Assembly (NCBI RefSeq): GCF_001194135.2
Contig: NC_068987.1
Location: forward strand, 65,584,107 to 65,622,952
DNA length: 38,846 bases
From: Octopus bimaculoides
Lineage: Eukaryota
Reading direction: 5' to 3'
In this document: positions 11,774 through 25,044 of the stretch, piece by piece
Layout: each line of letters begins with the position of its first letter
Position numbering within the stretch: the first letter of the stretch is position 1
The notes under the pieces: generated by a model
What the model was told of the DNA's origin: nothing
Database searches by the model: none
Seen by the model: the letters and a program-made list of their open reading frames with translations, nothing else
Program-made: the position numbers and the translations under genes

Positions 11774-12485
11774 TAGGACTTGCTTTCTATATTGTGTCTA
11801 TGTACAAGTTTTTTTTTATCTCTCTATACTTTTTACTTAGATTTCTTATATATTTTATATATATTTTTTTACATATTTATAGATAATGTTTTGTATATTT
11901 TGCACACATATTTTTTCTGTATTCTCCCTGCCACCCTGGTAAATATTTCGTAAAAGACCCGTTCGTAACCTCTGTCTGAGACAGTTTCTTTACAAAAGTT
12001 TTTTCGAGTGCATTCAACGTATCTCACTTCCAAAGATTTGGCTACTATTTCTAGCACACCTTGCTACCGCGTGACACCTATTTGCGATAATGGACCCGAA
12101 ATACCAGTTATGTGGTAGCAGAACGTGCAAGAAATAGTAGCCAAATTTTTCCTGTTCTGGGGAAAGGAGCCGTTTAGAAATTTATTATTTCTAATTTTTG
12201 TAACCAGTGAATGTATTTCATTGAAATAGTATATCCTTGCGAGAGGTAAAACAAACTTTTTCAAACAGCTAGTCGTGCTACTTCAGGCTGATGACGAGCA
12301 AAGACTCAGAAACATGTCCCTGAATGCAGGCTGAGCTGGGTGGAGGAGTTTGTCTCCCCCTCACAAAGATAAGGACACAGGAAATGTATCAAGGCCTAAT
12401 AGGAAGCGGTCCAGCTTCCTAGGGCTAAATAGTAGTAGTATATTCCCTTATTTGGACTGTCACGTTAAGTTGGCAGTATACAACT

Positions 12486-12490
<5 letters not shown>
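11774..12490 (+). mobile_element. PLE 3' UTR / pseudo-LTR
   Basis: Follows the endonuclease stop, contains a hairpin and a hammerhead, and ends at (TA)n 12490-12517. Confidence 0.6.
12282..12324 (+). ncRNA. Minimal type I hammerhead ribozyme motif
   Basis: TTCAGG-CTGATGA-CGAGCAAAGACTCA-GAAA-CATG-TC-CCTGAA. 6-bp stem I, palindromic helix III ACATGT, GTC triplet ending at 12318. Confidence 0.85.
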
Positions 12491-12520
<30 letters not shown>

Positions 12521-13414
12521 CTTTACTAGATCTACCTACCTGTCTGTCTGTATGACACGTATACACGCAGATGCGCGCGTGCACACATACACGCACTTAC
12601 CCCCCCCGTCGACCCTCTGTGTGTATGTCATATACGTATGCATGTATGTATGTATGAATGTATATGTGCATGGAAGTAAGCAACACGTACAACTCCACAC
12701 GTCCGGTTTTACACACCGTTGCGAGTTTACTTCAGAAGTAAATCTTCAGAAGTAACACTTCAATTTCAAGTGTGCTTCTATTTAATTTTCAACAGTTAAG
12801 CAACTGTAATTGCATAAGTCTGTATATGTGAACAGCTGGATTTGTAGCGCACGTTCATATGTGTGTGATGTGTGTGACTCGTATAAACGTGCTTGAGTGC
12901 CTAGACATTGTGAATGATATTACTCTCAATATAACCTATATATTGGTGGTTATGTGTGTCTAACTTTATTAAATCTTATTAAAATATGATTAAGTGTCCA
13001 ACGAATAAATTACAACATCAAACGAACTTTCTGTCTTTTAACTTACGGATGTCTCAGCTTGTAATATTTTCTTTAATGTTCTTCATCCACTTTTCCCATC
13101 TTTTTCTCCGCTTAATTTTGCATCCACCTCCATCTCCCTCTTCATTTCTTTATCAGTCTAACCGTCCGTCCGTCTGTTTGTCTTCCTATAAGCTCTTTAT
13201 ATCCCCCACTCTCTCTCTCTCCATTCCTTCTAAATTATTTTCACTTTTCTAAGATTGATCTTCTCCGTTATTCTTATCTTGATTTCGCGCTCAATTCTGG
13301 AATTATACCATTTCGCGTACCTTTTGATGTTTCCTATCCATAATTTTGTCTTTCTTTCTTCAGATACGTGCATGCGTGCATACATACATACATACATACA
13401 TACATACATAGACA

Positions 13415-16400
13415 CACAAAACTCGAAGTGACAAGTCGCGTACTTGGCGTGGGAGACTATTTATCGAAGATACGATGAATACTAGCTCCAACTTTGGAAC
13501 CACAACTATCAGCCTTGTTGAATAACTGATTAATCTTCAGATGAATTAACTGAGGGAGCCTTTTATTCACGATCGATGTGATTTTCGACTGAAACTTGAA
13601 TTTAGCATGCAGAGAGTTACTACAAACAACATGAGTGGACACATCAGCAAAAACACAATCGAGGAACAGAACGAAAACAACAGCTCAACAGATAAACAAA
13701 TTCTTTCTAGCTGCAGTTATAGAAGAAACCGTAAGTACAAAGCTCATTTCTCTTGGAGTTATGAATTGAATAATGACCTATTTAACTGCAACGAAAAAGC
13801 GAAACTAAACCCCACTGTTGGTTATATGAATCGACTGAAATCATATTGGGACTATCTGCATCCGGAATAAAATCATTTTACCGCGAAGCAACTACGCCAA
13901 GAAGTAACATTTGTAAAACATAGAAAGGAGGTTAGTAACTGTAACTTTATTAAAACATTGAAAATTAACCTTCTTCCCAACTCTATAAACAAAACCGAAA
14001 ATGTGAACAATATAAGACCAACACGTGGTTTCGCAGCTAGCGACATTCCCACAGATTCCACAGTTTCTTGCGAGCCACACTACATTACTGACTCAAGTAA
14101 CTGACAACTGTCCCCCTACTACGAGTATGGTAAATAGCAGGCACAACCACAACGATTATTGTAGTAGTAATGTAGTCGGGATTATATGCCGGAGAAATGT
14201 GCCCTTACTGAAATTATCCGAGAAAAAATAACTGGCTTTGAAGTATTGTCTCGAAGAGAGAGTATTCTCTACCAAAGTAACTAAAAAACCACCAGATACA
14301 GTATTAAAAGCTGTTACCGAAAGTGGTGATGAGCATTTACAATAGTGCGATGAACCCACATACTGGTAGATTAACGTCTATCTATATGCTCTGGCTATTA
14401 CTGTAAAACAGTACATGAATGACATTCAAAAAGTAAACAAAACCGAAATAACAAAGGAAGTACCATCATGGGCTTTGAAGACAGAGAAAAAGATAACTGG
14501 TTTACGGAAGACCATCAGTAAGGTAATGATGCTTATTGCACGCAAACAAGCAAATTACTATACGTCCCAGCAACACAAAGTAAAGAAGGAGATAGAAATG
14601 ATGTTTGGAGATAGCAAAAGAAGGATACTCACTTGCAAACTGATTATCCTCAAGCAAGAGTTAAAAGCTGTCAGTGAAGAACTCCGACATCAGAGGAGAA
14701 TAACCGAGAGAAGAACAATAAACAAAAAATTTAACCGCAACCAGGCAGCAGTATACAGAGACATGAGAGGAGGAGCACTAAACATCATGGAAGCTCCTTC
14801 ATGAGACGACATAGACTCCTTCTAGAAGAAAATCTGGAGTGAAGAGAAGGAATTTAACCAAGATGCTTTGTGGCTGGAAGAAATCTGAAAAAGTTATTGC
14901 TCCTGCGTTACATCCAAGACATACAACACTGATGGTGAAACTCTTGCAGCTGTGATCCAGAATCTCCAGGATGGAAAAGCATCTGGAAGAGACTTGATTG
15001 TTGGATATTGGTACAAGAAGCTAAAAGCCTACTGACCATATCTTATCAATCTATACCAGCAAGCTTTCATAGGGAACAGTAGCATACCACACTGGTTAGC
15101 TCTGGCACAGAAAAAATTGACCCCCAAATGCAGAACCACCCACATGGCAAAAAACCACCAGCCAATTGCATGCCAGAACTTAATATATAAGATATATATA
15201 CAGCGTGTTTAAACCTCTTCCTCCAGAACCATTGTGAAACCAATAACACCATCACAGCAGAACAAGCAGATGGGAAGAAGGGAGTCTGGGGATGTGCTGA
15301 GCAATTGTTAATCAACAAAACTGCGATGTCAGAGGTGCAAGAGCATAGGAGGAACATAGTTTCAATGTGGCTGGACTACAAGAAAGCCTTTGACTCTGTT
15401 CTCCAATCATGGATGCTAGAAGCTCTTCAACTTGCTAAAGTTCCAGTGAGCATTGTCAAAGCCATAGCTGACCCGACTTCATTGTGGGCTACCATCTTGA
15501 AATTAAACATAAAGAGTGACTGTATCATTACGGATAGAATACAGTATCGCAAAGCATATTCCAAGGGGACAGCCTTTCTGTGATGTTGTTTATACTTTCT
15601 GCAAACCCCTTGTCATTCATGTTAAGGGAAGTCTGCAGGATATCTCACTGGTTCACAAGGTAACAGAAATACCAAGATTACACACTGTTTCTTTGTGGAT
15701 AACTTGAAACTTTAAGCAAAGAATATAAATGAGATGAAGAAGAGCCTTGACCTAGTTACAACATTCTCAAAGGATGAAGGGTTGGAGTTTGGTCAAGATT
15801 AATATTATATGGTTGTGAAAAGGGGGAAAACTATAAACCAAACTAGTAACATCTCCATCAGTGATTTGACTGTTTCTCCTGTATCTGATGAGGAATATTA
15901 CAGGTATCTGGGGTGGATGAAAATATATCTTACGATGGAACCTGTAACAATACACGTGTCACTAAAGAATATTACAGCCGAATAAAGAAAATTTGGACCT
16001 CATAACTCTCTGTATTCAATATAACAGTGACCCACAATGTGTTTGCAGTGCCAGTACATATACCAACATTTGGGCTGCTTGACTGGACGCTTGAGATCCA
16101 AGCCATTGATGCGAAAACCCGAAAAATACTAACAAGCACACCTAATTTCCACATAAACAGTGACGTTGACCGCCTCTACCTAAAATGAAAACAAGGTGGC
16201 AACATCTGTTAGCTACCAAGTGTCGAAGTGCTTCCCTTGACCAAGTTTGCATACATGAGGCTGATAACATCAGAAGACTTGGAAGGCAGCTCCTTGAGCA
16301 ACACTCTTTGTCTAGTAACCTAGAATACATGCCCAAAGAAGTCGCACGACTCTACCGCAACATATCATCAGACGAAAGGATGAGCCTGTATGAGCAGAAG

Positions 16401-16818
16401 ACTATGCATGGATATGTTAGTAGAAAGCTCCGTGATGATAGTAACATCGATCATCAAAGCAGTTTATTATGGACAAATAACCTGAATACTACCTTCCACT
16501 TTGAAGGGTATGTGTTTGCAATCCAGGAACAGGAAATATCGACCAAGTACCCGATGCACAAAATGGATAGAAATGTAGGAAAAGCCGTAAAATGTGACAA
16601 TTGATGCAGACTTTGTGGATTTCACACTGAAGATATCACCCACATCATAAGCAGTTGTCCGAAAATGTCATCACAGTATTATCTACCGATGAGACATGAC
16701 GTTGTAGCTAGGACACTTTATCATGAAATCCGTAGGATTTCCAAGGAAAAATAAATAAGAACCCACAATATGGTAGAAGCTATAGTTCAGTCACACAATA
16801 AAAAAGAATCATCGTGGA
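13415..16818 (+). mobile_element. R4/Dong-like (R2-group) non-LTR retrotransposon, decayed, lacking its 3' end
   Basis: N-terminal WSYELNNDLFNC..GYMNRLKSYW; RT motifs QLLINK, WLDYKKAFDSV, IFQGDSLSVMLF, HCFFVDNLKL, YRYLG; EGYVFAIQEQEIST; CCHC knuckle CRLC..TEDITHIISSC; RHDVVA. Many stops and frameshifts. Confidence 0.9.
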
Positions 16819-17562
16819 ACAAGAGTGACTTTCTAGCGTTCGTAAAGATTTTGCTAACGTAGTCTCTACTTCCGGCGACGTCACCCACATAATTCTTTAT
16901 CTTAGGATGGTGGCAAGCTTTTTCACTTCAGTGCTTATTTCACTGTATGTTAAAATGATGGTTTTCTTGTATGTTCTGATAATAGTGTTTGTAAGGAGTA
17001 TTCTAGTGAAAATTTTTGCTTCGTATATATTCTTTGATTTTTCAACGTGAACGTATGCATTGAGTGATTGATTAACATGTCTCGTGCAACTGATTGGAGA
17101 GTTTAGGAAGTGGTGAGTACGATGCCGATATCTAACATATTTTATGATATTCCTCAAACCAAGTTCGAAGTTCTCAACACTTTTTTGTTTTTATCTTGGG
17201 AAGATATTTTCGTGATTTGAAGCTGAATTTATCTGCAGATGTACTGGCGACAGACTCCTGGAACAAGCAGCGTTTCCAGCGCATGCATTTGATACATTTA
17301 CATTTTCCGTTTCTCGATCAGACATATTAAAGAAATTTCCTTGAGGGTATTTAGATGTTTTCAACGAGTATATAAGAGGTTGCTTCTCGATTTCCAACTG
17401 TTTATCCGTCGTTTGCGGATGGAGCACAAAAGAGACGAGGGCGTTAACACAAATGAAGGAACAAACGAAAGTAACACGCAACATATTTGGTTGGCGTTGT
17501 GTTACATGTATTCAATAGTTTGAGTCAACTCTGCATTGCTTAAAGTTTACACATACGTGAAA

Positions 17563-17859
17563 GCACGTAGCTAGCTCAGTAGCTAGGGTATTCAGCCAAC
17601 GATCATACGGGCGTAAGTTCGATTCCCAGCAGCGCGTTGTGTCCTTGAGCAAGACACTTTTTTCATGTTACTCCAATTCACTTAGCTGGCAAAAACGTTT
17701 AGTACCTGTATTTCTGGGTCAGCCTGACTCTCCCCGAGAATTACGTTGAGGGTATGTGTGTCCGTGGAGTGCTCGGCTATTTGCACGTTTATTTCATGAG
17801 CATGCTGTTCCGTAAGTCAGATCAACAGGAAACCTCATCGTCGTAACTGAGGGAGTGCC
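17563..17859 (+). mobile_element. tRNA-derived CORE-type SINE (second family)
   Basis: A box TAGCTCAGTAGCT, B box GTTCGATTCCC (17617-17627), CORE-like GTGTCCTTGAGCAAGACAC. Confidence 0.8.
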
Positions 17860-17977
17860 AGTTTCTATCTATTCATCCATATACATATATATAAATATAT
17901 GTGTGTGTGTGTGTGTGTGTGTATGTGTGTGTGTGCATATATATATATATGCATATATATATATATGCATATATATA

Positions 17978-17987
17978 NNNNNNNNNN
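17978..17987. other. Assembly gap (10 N)
   Basis: N run inside (TA)n. Confidence 1.
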
Positions 17988-18033
<46 letters not shown>

Positions 18034-18035
<2 letters not shown>

Positions 18036-18197
18036 CTGTTGTGTCTGGGGAGAGTCATTTTCTTATGATGCCTTAAAATTTAACACACTCACCGTTAAAA
18101 TTTCCACTTATTATTTTTAATTTCCTAAAATTTTCGTTGCGTCTTGCAACCTTTTCAATAGTCGATAACAAAATGACTCTCCCCAGACACAACAGAA
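18034..18197. mobile_element. Short element with perfect 28-bp inverted repeats
   Basis: TTCTGTTGTGTCTGGGGAGAGTCATTTT (18034-18061) and its exact reverse complement (18170-18197), with TA tracts nearby on both sides. Confidence 0.75.
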
Positions 18198-18699
18198 TAT
18201 GCTTCAACACACGAAATTACAGAAAAAATCTTGCAAACCAAATCCAAAAATTAAATATATATATATATATATATATTGTTCGAATTAGAATTTTCACTCC
18301 GTTACTCCTCTCCGAGACGCCTGTTGATATCACGTCGCTAAAGGCGACTGATGGAATGTTGTTGTTTTCGACACCAGCAGAATTTCAATCAAATACTATT
18401 AGTTAGTTTGCCAGGACAGTCATTCTTGCTGATGGCTAAATAGCATGTAAGATTAGCGTCAGGTGGCTTCTGATAACGTAGATTTATGACTCGCACGTTG
18501 TCATCAGAAAGATTTGTTGCAACATTCGTCTGTCAAAGAATTATACTGCGTACACTCAATAGGCGATAGTTAATGATGTTCAGTGTAGACCAACTGTCGG
18601 GACATCTACTGCTTTCCATTGGTGGGTTAATTTTTGTTCGCGTGTTGATTGTAGAGGTGATTACAGAGTTGGCAGGCAACCAGGACTTAATCAGAGTGC

Positions 18700-18783
18700 G
18701 TGCGTGTGCACACACAACAAACATCACACAGAAGCGCACAAAAACAAACAGAAACACGCACGCACGCACACACACACACACGC

Positions 18784-18841
<58 letters not shown>
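18700..18841. repeat. (CA)n microsatellite
   Basis: CA/CACG run. Confidence 0.9.
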
Positions 18842-18846
<5 letters not shown>

Positions 18847-20427
18847 CACAAAAGCACATGCTTTCAAGTATTTACAAACGTGAAATAACTGATCACTGTG
18901 AGCTAGTGAACCATTCAATTTCACCAGCAAAAGATGTATGTATTTATGTATGTAAGTATGCATGTATGTATCTATCTAAACGTGCATACACATACACGCA
19001 CATATATATTCATTCGTTTAGTGTTGTATTTGGAGCAACTGAGGCTCTTATTTCTGTCTGTGTTTTTATATTTGTCGGTAATTGAGTGGGAATATAATGT
19101 CTTTTAGAATCATGCTGTAGTTGAATAAACCGTAGAAAGAAAGGTGATTGTCCAGTGCATCTGAGGCTGTTCAGAGGAAGAGGAATTATCCTTCGACCGT
19201 AGACTTGGACTCAATCTTTGCAACAGTGGGAAATCGGCTAAAAATACACAGACCAGGTGCTGTTGTTAAACCAAGGTTTAATTTTAACACAACATATTAA
19301 AAACGACCCACCGGTATGCTTCAACGCAATCCCACTCTATTAAGAGTTTTTCCTGGGATGGAAACCCAAACCACTTTCTTATAAAGCGTAATTCTTAACT
19401 GTACAGCCATGTTAGCACGTATATTTTGTTGCTGATAGCTGGCACACGGATGTGGTATATGTACAACCTGAGCCTTTGGTAATGCGTACCACTCTCGATT
19501 GTGTTCTTTATGGTATTCATAATGGTGTGGATCGGATAGATCGGGACCTTAGACTGCGTTGATATAATCCATGATAAGTTAAATGTATTGTTTGCTAAAT
19601 ATATAATCAACACAAATCCTATAATTATCTTTTTAAAAGTTATCAACGCAAATCCTATAATTATCTACAAGAAATTATAAACTTCATAATATCTATATTT
19701 TACTCAATATATTTACTTCGTAATGAATATAATTAATGTAAGTGTAAATTCTTAAATTAACATTTGTATTGATTATTGTCATTATAAATTAAATTATGAT
19801 AACCTTGCTTTTTGCTGTCGAATCTTCAGCTTTGCTGAGATTCTCTGCTGTCTTTAGTAACGGGGCTTTCTGTATAAGGCTTTGCATCGTGTTATTCTTT
19901 TCTTCATTTTCATTGTTTTCTCGTATCTTCAAGATTTTTTTCTTAGCGAAATGGCAATTATTAGAACTCTATGACTATGACTTATAACTCTTCTCTTTTA
20001 TATGAGTTTCAATTTTCTCACCCGTTTTCTTTATGCCTATTATATTTGGAGCAGCGAAGACAAAAATGGGACAAGAACGCAGAACATCCAGAGAGTTAGG
20101 TGATACAAAAAAGGGACAACAAAACATCCAGACAGACGATACAAAGAAAACGAGCTCGGGTCATTCGGAGTTCCAGATTATCTTGGCAATTTCGGCTGGT
20201 TAAACTAGAAATTGCTCCAATCTAGCCAGCCCCAAAGAAAAACTAAGCTAAGAGCATTAGATTCCTTGGAAGAAAGCAGCGAATGTATACGAAAACAAGG
20301 ATGGAAAAAAACAGAGAAATGTTACACAAATACAAATGCAATTAATAGGACATAACAGCAGGTATTTTTCGAATAAGAACGAATTAAATTAAGCTGGCGT
20401 GTGTGGAAGTAAAGCCTTACGGCAGGG

Positions 20428-20487
<60 letters not shown>

Positions 20488-20559
20488 ACATCAAGAATCT
20501 TGCACACGAAATACACATACGAAATATATATATATATTTAATGTAAAACACTTTGATTC

Positions 20560-20705
20560 GGTTCCGAGCTACTTCAAGTTTCGCAGGCCCCTAACAGGAG
20601 CTTTTGGAATGCTGGATCCAGCATATACACTTCGGTATTCCAGAAGCCTGAAAGAGTCGGTGGGGTCCCGTTAGGGGCCTGCAAAACTCGAAGTAGCACG
20701 GAACC
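20560..20705. repeat. Nested hairpin / MITE-like element with 40-bp arms
   Basis: 20560-20599 vs 20666-20705 match 36/40. Inner GCTTTTGGAAT/ATTCCAGAAGC repeat and GCTGGATCCAGC palindrome. Confidence 0.8.
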
Positions 20706-21076
20706 ATGTTATTCATACAAAATCTGTTGAGCGCCCTTTTCTTTCTTTTGCGCGCGTGTGTACAATGTGCGCATGTATGAATGTATATTGGTATGTATGT
20801 AACTATTTAACTATTTGTTTATCATTCTCCCTGACTATTTGTTGAAATTAGTTCCGATCACTCCGCCCCACTTTTATTTTATACATTCTTCCCTCTCTGA
20901 CATGTGTCCCGTGATATATTCGTTCGAAAGGCTATAAAGACTAAAATCATAATGATGTGTGATGTGAGAGAGAAAGATGCAGATGATGAGAGATAGAGAG
21001 AAACGAAAAATAAACTCCACAAAAACTTAGATGTATCAATAAAAGTCCGTGTGAGAAGACAGAGAAACAAAGAAGG

Positions 21077-21197
21077 NNNNNNNNNNNNNNNNNNNNNNNN
21101 NNNNNNNNNNNNNNNNNNNNNNNNNNNNNNNNNNNNNNNNNNNNNNNNNNNNNNNNNNNNNNNNNNNNNNNNNNNNNNNNNNNNNNNNNNNNNNNNN
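21077..21197. other. Assembly gap
   Basis: N run before (GA)n. Confidence 1.
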
Positions 21198-21941
21198 AGA
21201 GAGAGAGAGAGAGAGAGAGAAAAAGGAAAAACGAAAGAGAGAGAAAGAGAATAAGAGTGAATGAAAAAGAAAAAGAAGGTAAGATACATTAAGCCATAAA
21301 TAAGTAATATGAAATAAAAACAATAATAATGGTGAGGAAAACAATAATAATAAAAAAAAAAAAAAAACGTTAGGAATTTCAGAACGATGCATTTATACAA
21401 GAGGAAGGACCATACAAAGAACCTAATAAGTTTCTTCTATAGAGAATTCTCCTGGTTTTTCTTTCGATCATTTGTATTGTAAAAATCATCTTTATCTCAG
21501 GATGAATATGCCCATATTTTTTTTTTATGCTTTGGATAATGAAAAGAATTATTTGAAACTTGCATATTCCTGATACAAATATTATTCCTCACAATACCGA
21601 AAATGTTTTAATATTTCCATCATTTTGTTGTTTAATTTTCTATTCTGTGCTTTGAGACAACGTCAGACTCAGGCATAATGAATAATTTATACCATTTATA
21701 TCCATACTGGATTTACCTGTTTATTTATTTGACAATTTCATATATATTACGTGTGTATACATGCATTCTGTGTGCATATTTATATGTGTATGTAAGTATG
21801 TATGCATACATGCATGTATATAATATTCATGCATTCATGTATATATATGTATGTATGTATGCATGTATGTATGTATGTATGTATGTATGTATGTATGTAT
21901 ATATATATATATATATGTATGTATATATACTATACATATAC

Positions 21942-22304
21942 NNNNNNNNNNNNNNNNNNNNNNNNNNNNNNNNNNNNNNNNNNNNNNNNNNNNNNNNNNN
22001 NNNNNNNNNNNNNNNNNNNNNNNNNNNNNNNNNNNNNNNNNNNNNNNNNNNNNNNNNNNNNNNNNNNNNNNNNNNNNNNNNNNNNNNNNNNNNNNNNNNN
22101 NNNNNNNNNNNNNNNNNNNNNNNNNNNNNNNNNNNNNNNNNNNNNNNNNNNNNNNNNNNNNNNNNNNNNNNNNNNNNNNNNNNNNNNNNNNNNNNNNNNN
22201 NNNNNNNNNNNNNNNNNNNNNNNNNNNNNNNNNNNNNNNNNNNNNNNNNNNNNNNNNNNNNNNNNNNNNNNNNNNNNNNNNNNNNNNNNNNNNNNNNNNN
22301 NNNN
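21942..22304. other. Assembly gap
   Basis: N run within TATG/TA arrays. Confidence 1.
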
Positions 22305-22343
<39 letters not shown>

Positions 22344-22493
22344 AATACATGCATACATACATGTACATATATATATTTATATATATACTCATATGCATGT
22401 GTGTATGCGAGTGCGTGTATGTATACACATCACGCCAGTGTCCTACCTCATAACATACACCACAGCGCATCTCATGCAGAAACGCATTAGTAC

Positions 22494-22537
<44 letters not shown>

Positions 22538-24189
22538 AGGTGCGCACATACGCACAGATACACACATCTTTAGATATCCATAAGCATGTGCGTGTATGTG
22601 AACATGTATATATGAGTGTTTTTATGTGAGATGTGGTATGGTGAGTGATGCGCAGGTTGTGTGGTTTGTATGTCGTTGCCGATAGTTTTGTACATTTTGA
22701 TAAAACTGCCTCTCATATCATAAAGATTTGAAAGAAATGAATTTCTCTGAATAGAAAACTTTTTCATCCTCTATTATGTTCGTACATAACAAATTTCTGA
22801 TAGTGTACATTTACAATAACTTCTGCCTCGCAAACATCTTTAGAAAACATGCGTTTCTATATCCACAAGAAATACTACACGAATCATTTGAATATCATAC
22901 ACTATTTTCACAGTTAGCGAACAATAAAAGGTTTCGAACTAGAAGCAAGTCTATCAATCAGTACAGAATAAATGGAAGTGTGTGCCTAATCTTAAAACAA
23001 CAAGCAGAGTAATGTGGTTATGTGCGGCAAACCTGTCCACAGGCTAGTGTCGCAATAAAAGGGGTAACGGAATATAGGCATTACAACCAGGGACTTTAGT
23101 TTTGAAGTCAAACCTCGGTTTGTCATTACTCTTGCAGTACAGTACGTGTAGGAGGTGAGATGGGTTTAGCACTGACATTGAAATGCAAATTCTTACGATC
23201 TCTGAAGGTCGGAAAGCTCATTCATGCTGATCTGTATTCTATTGTAGAAGCAGAAAAGACAGAAGATAGACTGTTGTTGTAAGGAAGAAGGCTTAGTTGC
23301 CATGTGTAGAGTTAAGAATCTTCTTACTCAAAAGAGCTGAAAAAGCAGCAGCAGAAGAGGAAGAAGAGGAAGACGTAGAGGAGAGGGAGGAGAGAAAGTA
23401 CAGCGACAAGTTGTAGGGTCAGTGGCAATAACAGAAAGGTCCTAAACAATCGTTTTCAGAGTATCACTGGTCGCGATTGTGAGAATAGCGAAATATTTTG
23501 TCTATCTATGGGATGCTCTGTTCTCATCTACATGGTGAGTTTTTACCTGTGTGTATGTTTATTTGTATGTATGTATGTATGTATGTATGTATGTGTCGCG
23601 CGCTTGTGTGTGTGAGAAGAGAGAGACTACGGGAAAATATTCCGTAATTCCATTCCAGATTCGAATTTGTATTCTTAACAATTTCTGTTCTCTCCACGCT
23701 CATCACAAGATAACAGTTATCCCGGCCTCTGATTTGTGTCTGTTGGCCGAATACATTAGTTCCCTAATTGCCCAAAGCCCCTATCTCACTATTCGTGAGA
23801 AACCTAATTTCTCTGCAGGTAGATTTCGACCGGCATATAAATGCTGTCATTATTTTTCTTGTTTTCCTGTCTGGCTATATCACTTAGCATCCAGTCTGGA
23901 ATATTAGCGATATAAATTATTACTGGATTAGCTAGAGTATTGATGCATATTACCTCATTTTAGCATTAGCTCTGTTTCAAGTATTAAACTAATGTATCTA
24001 TAACACTTTTTCTTTATATTATGTGTGTTGAGCTCCGTCTAGTTCATTTATTCTTAATTTGTAATTCTGTGTTCCTTCTAATTCTCTTAGGTTTTTTTTA
24101 AAGCATCGATTATGATGTTACATATTTTTATTAATTTTGCTTCCTTTAAAGTTAGCATGCCGCATATTTCTAAACCGTATTTCATATCA

Positions 24190-24910
<721 letters not shown>

Positions 24911-25044
24911 TATTACTCAGAATATACGAAAGAAGGGCTAACTAAAAGTCTGAAAACGAGTATAAACGTTTAGAACAAGCTTATAAAATTGCTTTGGAAA
25001 AACTTACGATGTCGGCGGCGAGGTTACGGCTGTTGTGTAGTTTT

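Noticed and set aside
13415-13500. Possible HDV-like ribozyme at the LINE 5' end
   Set aside because: I could not build the P1-P2-P3-P4 nested pseudoknot by eye.
17191-17484. 97-aa ORF with a hydrophobic N-terminus
   Set aside because: No domain similarity; ORFs of this size are expected by chance.
18468-18510. Minus-strand CTGATGA inside a short hairpin
   Set aside because: Followed by GAAG, not GAAA, and no helices I or III.
19790-19970. Minus-strand open frame KKKILKIRENNENEEKNNTMQSLIQKAPLLK
   Set aside because: No recognisable domain, purine-rich acceptor region and a weak donor.
20184-20233. GGCTGG/CCAGCC stem followed by GAAA on the minus strand
   Set aside because: No CTGANGA core upstream; probably part of an unclassified repeat end.
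23126-23163. Microexon-like CTCTTGCAG|TACAGTACGTGTAGGAG|GTGAGA
   Set aside because: Splice-like motifs occur by chance in 39 kb, and there is no host gene to link it to.
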